Shown here: piece by piece, positions 1 through 12,430 of the stretch | Numbering within the stretch: the first letter of the stretch is position 1 | Layout of the letters: every line of letters begins with the position of its first letter | Assembly (NCBI RefSeq): GCF_001194135.2 | Contig: NC_069003.1 | Location: forward strand, 21,801,946-21,865,896 | Source of the DNA: Octopus bimaculoides | Lineage: Eukaryota | DNA length: 63,951 nucleotides | Direction: 5' to 3' | Made by a program: the position numbers and the translations under genes | Notes under the pieces: generated by a model | The model's input: only the letters and a program-made list of their open reading frames with translations | Database searches by the model: none | Told to the model about the DNA's origin: nothing

Positions 1-96
1 TATATATATATATATATATGTGTGTATGAATATATGTGTACATATACATATACACACACACATAAATATATATGTATGTATATATATGTGTGTATA

Positions 97-160
<64 letters not shown>
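1..160. repeat. (TA)n/(TG)n compound microsatellite
   Basis: Direct dinucleotide runs. Similar arrays recur throughout (e.g. 2675-2825, 9290-9720, 12850-13085, 23965-24440, 36510-36890, 56930-57490, 57720-58270). Confidence 0.95.
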
Positions 161-164
<4 letters not shown>

Positions 165-740
165 CAAATCAAACATTGAAAATAACAAATAACAAAATAA
201 AACACAATCCTTAATTGCTGGAAATCATATTATATTCATATTATTAATTATTCTCTCTGCACATATTTCACAAATGTAAAAATCCACACTAACCTGTGCA
301 TAGTGCATACATTGTATAAATGTAATTAAAAAGCTTTCATTATATCATTCCAAGAGATTAAATTGCATAATTTAAAAAAATGCACTTGATATAAATTCTA
401 TAGGAGCATATTTCATGAATCTAAAACACATTACATACTACAAAGAGACTATATTATATAATTCCAAACAAGCATAATGTAGAGTTCTAAAAGATGGAAT
501 ATCAAATAATTCTGGAAGAGATATTACATTTTTATCACACGCCCCACCATTACGTAGCTGTAAAAATCTCTGTTTGATTTTATGGCTTCTTTTGATACAG
601 GAAGTCTTTTCTCCGATGCAATACAAATAAATGCCGTTTGAAGTGTCTAAGGCCAAGCTTTTAAGGCTCAGCACTTAATCTGTAGCTTTATAGCAAGAAG
701 TAAAGAGAAGATATAACAGATAATATTACCAAGTTTAATC

Positions 741-890
741 CTTGGCTGTGGGGGTTAAGAAGTTTGTTTCTCAACTGAAAGGCTTTCAGTTTCAGTCCCA
801 CTGTGTGGCACACTGAGCAAATGTTGTCTGCTTCAGTCCTGGGTTCACAAATGCTTTGCAAGTGAATTTGGTAGATGGAAATTGTCATAT
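741..890 (+). mobile_element. Degenerate tRNA/CORE-like SINE left monomer (family A)
   Basis: TGGCTGTGGGGG box-A-like, TTCAGTCCCACTGTGTGGCACACTGAGCAAA and GAATTTGGTAGATGGAAA match the intact copy at 13944. Confidence 0.7.
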
Positions 891-902
891 ATACATATAT
901 AT

Positions 903-978
903 AGTGAGAATTTACAAAAAAACAAAAGACGAAGATGAGTGTGTAAACAACAAACAGATGTATTAGTTTAATGCTCAG
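903..978 (-). mobile_element. Fragment of PLE-associated small repeat (same family as 20041-20170)
   Basis: Reverse complement TTCCTGAGCATTAAACTAATACATCTGTTTGTTG...TAAATTCTCAC aligns by eye with 20092-20170. Abuts a (TA)n run. Confidence 0.75.
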
Positions 979-1572
979 GAATACATATATACATGCATCG
1001 TGGTATGTTGATTTTTGTTTATTTTTATGTATCTTGACCATACGTGTACTGATGAACAAAAGAATGCAGGTTAATTCACAGTTTTTCTGTATTTGATTGA
1101 GAAACCAGTGGTCTACCGTTGAGTTAAATGTTTTTAAGAGATGAATTTTGAAAGCTGCATTCCCTCGCTTTCAGTAAATATGTTGCTTATTTTTTGGTAG
1201 TTTTTGACTTATTTAGTCCCTCGAAGCGTGAGGCATTATTACACAGTTAATGCCCTTTATATAAATTTATATAAATTTATATATATTTATGAAAAAATGA
1301 TGAATTTTTTTCATTACGAAATTTTTTTCATTATTTTTTTCATTATGAGGTTTTCTCACGCTGACTACTTGATAAATTCTTATAAAGAATTTNNNNNNNN
1401 NNNNNNNNNNNNNNNNNNNNNNNNNNNNNNNNNNNNNNNNNNNNNNNNNNNNNNNNNNNNNNNNNNNNNNNNNNNNNNNNNNNNNNNNNNNNNNNNNNNN
1501 NNNNNNNNNNNNNNNNNNNNNNNNNNNNNNNNNNNNNNNNNNNNNNNNNNNNNNNNNNNNNNNNNNNNNNNN

Positions 1573-2015
1573 CCAGTAGATCAAGAAGAGCACCATCTGA
1601 GCATGATCGTTGTCAGAACACCAGCTGTCTGGCTTCCATACTGGTGGCACGTAAATAGCACCATTTGAGCGTGACCGTTACCAACATCGCCTTCGTGGCA
1701 CTTGTGTCAGTGGCACGTGAAAAGACATTCAAGCGAGTTCGTTGCCTGGACTGGCTCCTGCGCAGGTGGCACGTAAAATACACCATCTCGAGCGTGGCCG
1801 TTGCCAGTACCCCCTGACTGGCCTTCATGCCAGTGGTACGTAAAAGCACCCACTACACTCTCGGTGTGGTTGGCATTAGGAAGGGCATCCAGCTGTAGAA
1901 ACTCTGCCAAATCAGATTGGAGCCTGGTGTAGCCATCTGGTTTTCACCAGTCCTCAGTCAAATCGTCCAACCCATGGAAAGCAGACGTTAAACGATGATG
2001 ATGATGATGATGATG
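1573..2015 (+). mobile_element. SINE-like element with RTE-type tail (family B), 5' end in gap
   Basis: Repeated GGCACGTAAA-GCACC modules, GGAAGGGCATCCAGCTGTAGAAA core and CGTTAAAC(GAT)n tail. Near-identical to 15236-15717. Confidence 0.85.
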
Positions 2016-2028
2016 ATATGCATGTATG

Positions 2029-2071
<43 letters not shown>

Positions 2072-2340
2072 AAAATATAAAGAAGATTCCATTGAATTAG
2101 GTACTTAAACTGATGCACCTTACTAGGTCTGTATAATCTGCACACCCAAACAATATTAATTGAATATTGAATATCAAGACTCCATGCAGAGGTATTTGTA
2201 CCCAATATTCCTGCTATGCATGCAGAAAACACAACCCAGCTAAATGAAGATATCTGCTCTGGGTAATTCAGACATGTACTTTTTATAAAGGTACTTTCTA
2301 TAGTATTTCTGAAGTGCAGATTCCAAGTTACATGAACAGA

Positions 2341-2671
2341 ATATAAATAAGCAACAAAGATGTACAGGTGTCAATTCATTACAGCCATTTCAATTGATTA
2401 ATGAAAACATTACATCATTCGAAAGAAACTCTCCAAATTATGGTAGACTTAACAAGGTATGCATTATTTTCTAAAGAAACAATGTAAATATTTTGAGTTC
2501 CATTATTGATGTGAATACGTTAAGGAAATGGCTGCATCCTGTATGTTTGAAGTCTATAAGGTTATCTGAAGAGAACGATTTCTTTCAAATTATGTAATAT
2601 TTTCCTTAATCAATTAAAGGAGTTGCTTGAAATGGCTGTAATGAATTGACATTGGTACATCTTTGTTACTC

Positions 2672-2680
<9 letters not shown>
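2341..2680. mobile_element. Foldback element with ~90-100-bp inverted arms containing a hammerhead motif
   Basis: AACAAAGATGTACAGGTGTCAATTCATTACAGCCATTTTCAA (2353-2394) is an imperfect inverted repeat of 2627-2667. Similarity extends inward to about 2432/2570 and outward to 2341/2679. Right side abuts (TA)n. Confidence 0.8.
2562..2644 (+). ncRNA. Type-I hammerhead ribozyme motif (candidate)
   Basis: Stem I TTAT/ATGA. Core CTGAAGA 2566-2572. Stem II GAACGATTTCTTT/AAAGGAGTTGCTT (12 of 13 paired incl. G-U). GAAA 2629-2632, then stem III AT-GGCT-GT and cleavage triplet GUA at 2638-2640. Confidence 0.55.
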
Positions 2681-2735
<55 letters not shown>

Positions 2736-2759
2736 AAATATATATATAGATATAGATAT

Positions 2760-2826
<67 letters not shown>

Positions 2827-2850
2827 AATTTGATATACACGATTACAAAA

Positions 2851-2939
2851 GAGCTACCAATAGTTTCATGCTTTTCAGCTACACTAAACTGGCAGATTTA
2901 TATAAGATGCAATATATCTCCAAGCTATCTTTTAGGCTC
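2851..2939 (-). ncRNA. Degenerate/variant hammerhead-like motif (same family as 13140-13231)
   Basis: Minus strand reads GAGC CTAAAAGA ...AAGCAT GAAAC TATTG GTA GCTC. Perfect 4-bp stem I GAGC/GCTC. Core is one nt longer than CUGANGA and has G>A. Confidence 0.4.
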
Positions 2940-3214
2940 AGTTCATAATGTTAGATGCCTTTAAAAACTAGGATGCTGGACTATGAGAAAACATGAGAAA
3001 AAGTGAGAAGGATAAAAAAATAAGAAAAAATGCAAAAAGTGGAACGAGTAGAAAGAAAAGTAAGAAAACTAAGACCTTGATCCTTTTTGACTGTAGAAAC
3101 CATAATTAATGTAGATGGTGCAGAATTATCTAAGAGGAAGGAGGACAAACTCTGTGAGATAGCTATTCAGCTCACTTTTATCTGTTTCGGCCATTAGACT
3201 GTGGTCATCCTGAG

Positions 3215-3372
3215 GCACTGCCTTGAAGAACTTGGTAATATTTCCCCATGGCCAGACATGTTTTTGCAGAATATTGGAAATGAATGACACTGCTTGTATG
3301 ACAGTGACACTCCTTTACAACTACCACACAATGTCAAGGCAAGGAGATGCAAACATGCATACATGCATACAT

Positions 3373-3431
<59 letters not shown>

Positions 3432-3560
3432 CACAATGGGCTTCTTTCAATTTCTGGCAAACAAATCCATTCACAAGACTTTGCTATACAGTGGGACTGA
3501 ACCCAAAACAGTGTGATTTGGAAACAAGCTTGTTGACTACACTGCAGCATCAAGTTAGTG
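3215..3560 (-). mobile_element. Composite SINE: CORE-like left monomer + (TG)n + family-C right monomer
   Basis: 3435-3560 is an inverted left monomer. 3215-3330 matches 49330-49440 in reverse complement. Confidence 0.7.
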
Positions 3561-3569
3561 AAGATACAT

Positions 3570-3690
3570 GAATGTTCGGCTAATGATCATAAAGTTGTGG
3601 GTTCAATTTCTGAACCAGGTAGCAGGTTGTATCCTTGATCAAGACATTTCATTTCATCTTGCTCCAGTCTACTCAGCTGTAATGAGTACC
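3570..3690 (+). mobile_element. tRNA-derived SINE (family E)
   Basis: GGGTTCAATTTC box B followed by TCCTTGATCAAGACATTTCATTTCATCTTGCTCCAG. Inverse of 25255-25375 and 40760-40925. Confidence 0.65.
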
Positions 3691-5734
3691 AACCATATGT
3701 TGATGCAGCTCCCTTCTCTCTCTCTTTCTCTCTCTTCTCCTCTCTATGTTTCTGTTTCTTCCTCTCGTTTTCTCTTGCTTTCTCTCTTTTTCTTTCTCTC
3801 TCTTTCCCTCTCTATGTCTCTCTCTTCAATTCTCACTTGCTTTCCCTCTCTCTTTCTCTCTCTCTCTTTCTTTCTCCCTTCTCTGTGCCTCTCTCTTTCT
3901 CTCTTTCTTTCTCCCTTTCTCTTCCATTGCTCTCTCTCTCTCTCTCTCTCTCCCTCTCCCCCCCTTCCTCTAGTTGTCACATCCTGGTGAGAGGACTGAA
4001 AGAGTATTTATATCTGTCCATGATTACATAAGCACTGAAAACGATTAGCAAAAGCATAGCATATAACCAAGCCATATTCACTTATAAGTGACATCATCAT
4101 CATCATCCCAATAAGCAGCCATCACCATCATCATCCTCATCATCATCACTGTCATTATCATTGTCTTCATTCAGCTATAACAGAAAATTTTCCAATAAAC
4201 AAATCTACGTTAACACCAATGGCGTTGTTATGGTATCTCAGTTATACCCTACACATTAGCTAACTTTTATGTGTGTATAAGTAAAACTGAAAAATAAATG
4301 TCACTTGCCATTCTCTGGAGAATTATTTAAAAGACAGATGAGATAATAAAAATAATTTGTTGGCAATTCCATTGTCCAACCTGCACACTCTTCTAAACCA
4401 AGATAAGATTCTGTATAACTTGTTAATGATTAAATGAGAACCCACCAAAGTTTCGTTATGTCAAAGCTAATGAAACTAAAAAAAAATGAATTGGAAGCAA
4501 AGTTTTCTAATTCCTGAACTTTGTACTTTGTGCTGCTGGGTTTTTTTAATTTTTATTTTTATTTTCCATATTTTATTTATTTGTTTATTTATTTGCAAAT
4601 TTAGATGTTTTTTAAGCTCAAAATTTCTTTATAAATGTCTGTTTATACACAATTGTGTCTGTGTATATACTTTGTGCCTTCATTCTTCTCATTATCATCA
4701 TCGTCGTCGTCGTTGTTGTCATCATCGTCATCATCATTGTCAACGTCATCATCAACATTGTTGTCGTCACCATTGTCATCATCATTGTCGTCGTCTTCGT
4801 CATCATCATCATCATCAACAACATAAGTATTGCCCTCATCCCTATGGTTACTACTTCCAATCAATTTCTTCATTAACAATCTCACCCACCACATCATCGT
4901 CATCATCACCATCATCATCACTATCTGTATTTCTATCAGTACCATATTCAACACTATCATAACTTCCTTGCCATCACCACCACCACCAGTAAGATCATCG
5001 TTATCATCAACAACACCAGCATCATCACCATCATCTTAACCATTCTTAACAATTACAGTCCTTTTGTATATTTAGCTTAATTTAATCAGCTCTTTCTCCT
5101 CTCAGCTCTCTCTCTCTCTCTCTTTCTCTCACTCTCTCTTTTTCCCTGTTACTTTTTTAATACAGAATTATTAACTTGGATAACATTACTCGAATGCAAG
5201 CCAATAATGGAGTTAATATGTGAGCAAATACAACGCAATATATACTAAAAAAATGCATGCTGATTAAAAAAAAAAGCAGAACTAAAAGACCCACGTGCAA
5301 AATGTATCACGCCACTTATGAAACAAACCATTATGCAAATTAGAAGGCAGTCCAAAAGTTCACTTTAAAAGGACACGAGGTGTACGCATGAAATATAGCA
5401 GAATCACTAAACTAGGTTCGATATTTAGAACATAGAATTAAAACTCCCTCTCTCACTCTCTCTCTCACTCTCTCCCTCACTCTCTTTCTCTCTCGTCTTT
5501 CAGTCCCTTATTCTGTCTCACTCACTGTAATTATTTTCTCTATCTCCCTCTCTCTCTCCCCATCTCTCTCTTCTCTCTCTTTCATGCACACACTTTCTCT
5601 TTCCTTCATCTCCTCCTTGCATTCTCTCTCTTACTTTCTTATACACACCTTCTCAAATAATCCCTCTCTCTCTCTCTCTCTTTCATGTACACACTTTCTC
5701 TTTCCTTCATCTCCTCCTTGCATTCGCTCTCTTT

Positions 5735-6125
5735 CATCATCATTTAACGTCTGTTGTCCATGCTGGCATGGGTTGGACAATTTGACCAGAGCTGGGAGCT
5801 GGGGACCTGCACCAGCTTCCAGTCAGATTGGGCTTGGTTTCCAAGGCTGGATGCCCTTCCTAACACCAACTACTTTACAAAGTGTGCTGGGTGCTTTTGC
5901 ATGGCACTGCACAGGTACTCTTATGTGGCACTGCACAGCTGCTTTTATGCAGTGCTACATGAGCATTTTTACATGACACCACATGGGTGCTTTTACGTGG
6001 CATCGCCATGAGTGCTTTACACCTCCAGCAGGATCAGTCTTAACACTTCTGCTGTGGGGTACAGGTCTTCTTGAGTACAGCCAGGTGCCAGGTATCTCAG
6101 TCTTTTGTCATCTCACTTGAAAGGT
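5735..6125 (-). mobile_element. RTE LINE 3' end plus family-B tail
   Basis: Minus strand encodes EMTKD*DTWHLAVLKKT (RTE RT C-terminus-like), then GGAAGGGCATCC tail ending in (GAT)n. Confidence 0.7.
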
Positions 6126-6226
6126 TAAGCTACCCAAGGTTCTTCTTCAGTACTTCATCTCACTCTGTCTATACCCCTTCCTGTTTCTATATTCCTCCCT
6201 CATCTGTTATAAAACACTCCGTCTAC

Positions 6227-6630
6227 CAGTGGTTCTCAACCATTTTCTACCTTTCAACCCCATTGATTCTTATTTTGCTCAGATGGACTCTCCTAACCAT
6301 TTGATGTTTAACAAATCCAATTATATTTTTATAATTAAATATTAATAAGAATTGTATTTAAAAAATTCTTACAATATTTTGTGTATTATGAGTGGCTGTG
6401 TGGTAAGTAGCTTGCTTACAGACCACATGGTTCCAGGTTCAGTCCCACTGCATGGCACCTTGGGCAAGTGTCTTCTACTATAGCCTCAGGCCGACCAAAG
6501 ACTTGTGAGTGGATTTGGTAGACGGAAACTGAAAGAAGCCCATCGTATATATGTGTATATATATAGATCGGTAAAAATGTGCTTATTTTGGTAGTTTTGA
6601 CTTATGGAGTCCCTCTAAGCGTGAGGCATT

Positions 6631-6675
<45 letters not shown>

Positions 6676-7006
6676 GTGTGTGTGTGTATGTTTGTATGTC
6701 TGTGTTTGTTCCCCCAACATCGCTTGACAACCGATGCTGGTGTGTTTACATACCCGTGACTTAGCAGTTCGGCAAAAGAGACCGATAGAATAAGTACTAG
6801 GCTTACAAAGAATAAGTTCTGGGGTAGAGTTGCTCGGCTAAAGGTGGTGCTCCAGCATGGCTGCAGTCAAATGACTGACACAAGTAAAAGAGTAAAAGAG
6901 AGAGAGTGAAGAGTATAAGCATATTATCACTACTAAATTCTAACAAGAAAATCTTATATGGACCCCCTCCCCCAAGGGCCATAAGGACCCTGGTTGAGAA
7001 CCACTG
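6227..7006. mobile_element. hAT/Charlie-type MITE with nested SINE
   Basis: Perfect 15-bp TIRs CAGTGGTTCTCAACC / GGTTGAGAACCACTG. Flanks GTCTAC and ATCTACAC resemble the Charlie NTCTAGAN target. Confidence 0.85.
6390..6914 (+). mobile_element. Full-length composite SINE (family A)
   Basis: Box A TGGCTGTGTGG, box B GGTTCAGTCC, CORE-like GGCACCTTGGGCAAG, central microsatellite, right monomer, CAGTC-AAAT-GACTG stem-loop and GAGTAAAA repeats. Confidence 0.9.
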
Positions 7007-7399
7007 ATCTACACCAAAGTCTAGAATTTAGTTGTGTCTGGGCAGAGTCACCAGTTTTATATTTCCTTCCAACAAAATTCTTTCCTTTTCTTCATCCACA
7101 GACTTATTCCTGTCTCTGTCACTTCCTTTCTTTCTTTACATATTTCACTTCCCTTTTTTTCTTATTTTCTTTCTTTTTCTTTTTGCTGTCTTCAGTCATC
7201 ATTTCTTTTTCCTTCCTTATTTTTTTGTCTTCTTTTTCTTTAATTTTTTCTGTTCCTTGCTTTCTTTGCTTCTTTCTTTCTTTCCTTCTTTCTTTCTTTC
7301 TTTTCACTCTCTTTTTCTTCATCAGTGAAGGTTCATGGCCTAGCGTTTAGGTGTTGTAATCACAATTTTAAAAACATCATCATCATCACCATCACCACC

Positions 7400-7640
7400 A
7401 CCATCATCATCATTTAATCCATTTTCCAAGCTGGCATGGGTCAAACATTTTGACAGGAGCAGGCAAGCTGGAGAGCTGTACCAGGCTCCAGTTGTCTGTT
7501 ATGGTATGGTCTCTACAACTGGATGCTCTTCCAAACACCAACCACTTTGCAGGGTGTACTGGGTGCTTTTTATATAGCAACAGCATGGGAGTTTTTACAT
7601 GACACGAGCATGGGTAATTTTATGTGGTGGCACCAGCATA
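7400..7640 (-). mobile_element. Family-B RTE-type tail copy
   Basis: Inverted GGAAGAGCATCCAG core and (GAT)n tail. Confidence 0.65.
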
Positions 7641-7968
7641 GTGTTATTTACATAGCTCCAGCACTCGTGGGGCTGCAGAGTAGCTTGCAAGACAATAACC
7701 AGTCAGCTGAGAGGGAGTGAAACCGAGAGGGGTGGCCATATGTCAGGCAAGAGGTTGGAGTATGACAGGGGTAGTTGTCTTACAGCAGAGGAGATACTTG
7801 GCTACGCAAGTAGGACAAGGAAGGAAAGGAAGGTGGGAGTTAGAGAAAAAATAGAGAGAGAGAGAGAGAGTCAAAGTGAGAGAAAAGGCCTACCCTCAGG
7901 AAACAGAGTGGATGAGAGAATAAGTAGTGCAGAGGGGATATCATCAAGGAAACCATCTATTATGTTCA

Positions 7969-8825
7969 CCACATGGTGATGGATGACAAGTAATTGACTA
8001 TAAATCAAATAACCAATGCTGTTAGCATATCCTGTGAGAGAGTTGAGAATATTCTGCACAATGAACTTGGCATGACAAAGGTTTCTGCTCAGAGGGTACC
8101 ATCATGTCTTCTGACACTTGATCAAAAGTGCACCAGACTGATAACATCACTGGAAAATCTGACATTGTTTGAGGCAGATCCAGCTGGTTTCCTTGAATGC
8201 TTCCTAAGCCAGGATGAGTGTTGGGTTCATCACTTTGAGCCAGAGACAAAGAGACAATCCATGCAGTGGAAACATCCCTTCTCGCTTGCTCCAAAAAAGG
8301 CATAGGTCATTTCATCTGCAGGGAAGGTGATAGCCTCAGTATTTTGGGATGCAAAAGACATTGTGTTTATTGACTGTCTTCAAAAGGGCCACACCATCAA
8401 TGCAGAGTACTATATCAACTTGTTGAGGCAGTTACGAAAGGCTGTCAAGATCAAATGCTCAAGTAAGCTGACGAAAGGGGTCTTGTTTCATCAGGACAAT
8501 TCTCCAGCAGACAAGGCCTTGCTTTCAGTGGCTGCTGTGCATGTCTGTCTTTGAATTGGTTGATCGCCCTCCCTACTCTCCTGATTTGACCTCATCTGAC
8601 CATCATCTGTTCCCCAAAGCATGAAAAAACACTTGACTGGGAATTAGTATCACAGTACCGATGATGTCTTATCTGCTGTTGATGACTTTTTTTTGACTAA
8701 TAGGATGAACACTTCTTCACCAATGGAAGAAATGCATGAAGTGCAAAGGGGTCTATGTTGAAAAATAAACCTCATTTGGTCACATTCTCTGAGAATACCT
8801 TGGACAACCAATGAACTTTTCAGCT
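7969..8825 (+). pseudogene. Mariner DD34D transposase relic (irritans-like), 5' truncated
   Basis: KVSAQRVP..LLTLDQK, QDECWVHHFEPETKRQSMQW, VIASVFWDAK, LFHQDNSPA and PPYSPDLTSSD, with stops and frameshifts. Confidence 0.9.
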
Positions 8826-9354
8826 TTCACACTCCTTCTTCCAAATTTTTTATTCATCTCAATTTTCTTCTCTCACACCATATTATTCATTCATTCACTT
8901 TTCTATCTTTTAACTTTATTTTTCATTCTTCCTTCCTTTAACTCTCATGTTCCCTCTCTCCCTCTCTCTTACTCTCCCTCTCACTAGCTCACTCTCCCAT
9001 CTCTCCTCCTTTCTTCCTTCCTTCTCTCCCTCCCTCCTATCTTCTGTTTAGTCCCCTATCATTTACATATGTTCCCAATAGATTTCCTCCCTCCTGCACC
9101 ACTCTCCCCATCACCATCACCACCACCACCACCACCACTTCAATGAATTATTTATTTTCCTCCATTAAGAAAAGAAAAATAGTTTTCTGAAATTCAAGTT
9201 TAATTTCCCTCTTTCAACAGACAGTTCTGAGGTTAGGCCCAGGGTCAGGGGGACTGACCGCACTGATGATAACTGTATTAAAATAATCGCTGTGTGTGTG
9301 TGTGTATACGTGTGTGTGTGTATACGTGTGTGTGTGTGTGAAAATATGTGTTGT

Positions 9355-9413
<59 letters not shown>

Positions 9414-9511
9414 NNNNNNNNNNNNNNNNNNNNNNNNNNNNNNNNNNNNNNNNNNNNNNNNNNNNNNNNNNNNNNNNNNNNNNNNNNNNNNNNNNNNNNN
9501 NNNNNNNNNNN

Positions 9512-9564
<53 letters not shown>

Positions 9565-10525
9565 ATGAATTTATGTGTGAAATGTGTCTACATGTTTGTG
9601 AGAGAGAAAAATGTGTGTGTATGTATGTGGCTGTATGTATGTGTGTATGTGTGTGTGTGTGTGTGTTGTGTGTGTGTGTGTGCATGTGCATATGTGTGTG
9701 TATGAAAGTATGTGTGAATGAGTGAATATGTGTTTGTGTGAAATGGTCTACTTGTATGATTGTGTATATATATATGTATGTGAGCATTGTATGTATTCAT
9801 GACTGTATGTATACATGTGTGCATGAGAGAGAGAAAGAGTCTGTATATGTGAGCGTGTTTGATTGTCTATGTTTATTTTACATATGTATGTATGTATGCC
9901 TGCAACAATGTATATATACATACAACTAACTTTAGTGCACATGTTCTTAACACACACTCACGTTCAGTCTTCAGTGACAAGATGGTCACAGTAAGAAAGC
10001 CTTTGATTATAGGTTTCCTGGATCTGGACTGACCTAGGGTTAAACAACAACAGTAATTACTTGTTTTTTTTTTACAGTTTTAGAAAGATGAAAATAAAGA
10101 AGAAATTTCATCTTGCTATGATTTGAACCTGGGATGGCATATGAAGAAAATAAACCGAGAATGTAATGTAGTTTTTAATATCACCTATAAAAACTGAGAT
10201 ATTGACTCAGTTGTTAAAATGTTTGGGCAGCTAGCTATATCATTACAACATTAAATATTGGTAAATGGAATTCAGTTAAAAGACCCAAAAGAACCCAATC
10301 ATGTCAGTAGCAGAGACATTAAAGCAACAGAATTTATAATGGGAGGTTTTCCGTGTCTTTGAAGTGGAACTATTTCCATTTTCATATGTGGAACTATGTC
10401 CAAATAGTGTCATAATGGGTTCTCTTTTAATTAAGATACACTGAAATGCTTCCGGTCGTTCCAAAATTCCCCATCAAGGTTTCTCATATAGGTGGATTTT
10501 GAGTGCAGAACATTTTATGTATATA

Positions 10526-11810
10526 CAGGGTGCGGTGAATAAACTGTCGTCTAAATTACACAAAAACAAAAATAACACTGACATCTCATTTTAACAGATA
10601 TATTTACCAAAATTACATAAAAATATCTTGAAATACTAAAGAGTAAATTTATTCAGTCAAATCGCCATTGGCTTCAACCATGGCCTCCAGACAACTTCAG
10701 AATCTCCTGCAACTCTTCTCGATGGTCTCCTTGTTCAAGTTCGTTAATGCTGCCAAATCCTTGCCTTCAGTTCATCTTTGGTGTTGCAAGGAGTTTTGTT
10801 GGTCTCTTGCTCAACTGCACCCCACACATAATAATCAAGGGGATAGCAGTCTGGGGAGTTAGGTGGCCAGATGTTAAGGGTGATGTGGTCGCAGAAATTG
10901 TCTGACAGCCATGACTGGGTTCTGTGGCATGGTGCAGAGTCCTGTTGCCAGATATAGGGTCTTCTAGTAGCCATTATCTTGACCCAGAGCAGCATTAACT
11001 CGTCCAGGCACTTCATGTAGGCCTCTGTGTTGAGTCTGAGGCCGTGTGGGAAAATGAATGGAGGCATAACGTCGCCATTACTAGTGATCACTCCAAATGT
11101 TAACTGGATGTTTGATTTTTATCACTTTTAGTGCATGTTTTGGTGACACAGCAAACCAATGGTTGTTCTGTGTATTCACCATCTGATGCTGGCAGAAATT
11201 TCTCTTGTCTGAGAAAAACCAAAGCATGTTTGGTTTGAGGGATGCTTGAGTTTGTTCAAAAACTTCGTCACACAGTCTTTCCTCTTGTTCTTGATGGCTT
11301 GGGATAAAAATTGGCCCTTTCTCATCTTGTATGAGGAATACCAAATGTCTTCATACACAACCTGCCTGATAAGAAACTCAGACATTCCCATGTCCCTGGC
11401 GGTGAACCTGATTGGATTGGAGGGAGCGTTGTCAATCATGGCCTGGATCTCACCAACAAATTCAGGAGTTCTTTTCTTATCAGAACGATCAGAGTGAGCT
11501 TTCTGAGCTGCTGTACCTTTGTAATCACCATTAGACTCATCCAACTCTTTCTGAATTTTCTGTACTATCCTCAGATTAACACCTAAACACTCTGAAATGT
11601 TTGTATTGGAGCTTCCAGAGCAAATGCCAAGCAGAACAGCATGTCATTTCCAAATTTCTAGCAGAGTGAATTGCATCATGGGGCTGTTTTTCTCACAAAC
11701 GATGCCCAACTGACCCTACCATACTGTGTAGTCAACAAAATCAAAGGAAAACAATACACATGCACGAAATCAAAAATATAAAATGGTGACAATTTATCCA
11801 TTGCACCTTG
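10526..11810 (-). mobile_element. maT (DD37D-like) Tc1/mariner element, near full length, inactivated
   Basis: Imperfect TIRs CAGGGTGCGGTGAATAAACTGTC vs CAAGGTGCAATGGATAAATTGTC, TA on the left. Transposase motifs WFFSD, WQQDSAPCH and WPPNSPDCYPLDYYVWG. This copy has 34 residues between the 2nd and 3rd D, versus an HTSRK-containing longer segment in the 27730 copy. Confidence 0.88.
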
Positions 11811-12000
11811 TGCGTGTGTGTATGTGTGTAATTATATTTATATACATATATGTATATACATGTTCCTGTATGCTTCCTCAGGCGGTTACATTAATGCATT
11901 TTTACCAGTCTGATGTTTTCATTGAAAGACATTTACCATTTTACACCAACCAGAAAGCTGTAAAATTTTTGGGCATTACTTGTGAATTGTCACAACTTAC

Positions 12001-12074
12001 CAAAGAGAGAGATAAAGGCAAAACAGAAAAAGACAAAACGCATTGGGCGTTACTTGTGGCTCTTTACAACAAGC
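12001..12074 (-). other. Candidate host-gene internal exon
   Basis: Strong acceptor TTTCCTTTTTCTGTTTTCTTTTAG|G and donor TTG|GTAAGT in non-repeat sequence. One open frame: ACCKEPQVTPNAFCLFLFCLYLSL. No recognised homologue. Confidence 0.3.
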
Positions 12075-12430
12075 CTAAAAGAAAACAGAAAAAGGAAAGC
12101 AACATGGAAAAAAAATACATTAGAATCAACCAAAAGAGGGCAGAACCCTTCCACATCCTGTTTGTTTCTCTTATGATTGAACAGACACGGAAATAGCACA
12201 GCAAAAGTTCATTTTGCCATTATCAATTTTGGAACAATATACAAAGATGCCAGGGAGGATAAAATTCATATTAAGAGCAGTGTAATTAACTTTATAATAT
12301 TGCCTCATATATATATATATATATATATATATTTTCAAACAGCCAATTGAAAATAAAAGCATATATAGTCATGCTTTAATGTCTATTGATCTTGTTTATA
12401 CTAAAAATACTTATGCCCAACAATACCTAT

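Noticed and set aside
438-674. 78-aa minus-strand ORF as the terminal exon of the candidate gene
   Set aside because: The frame is compatible, but an in-frame TAA lies just after the two best acceptor AGs, and no homology is recognised.
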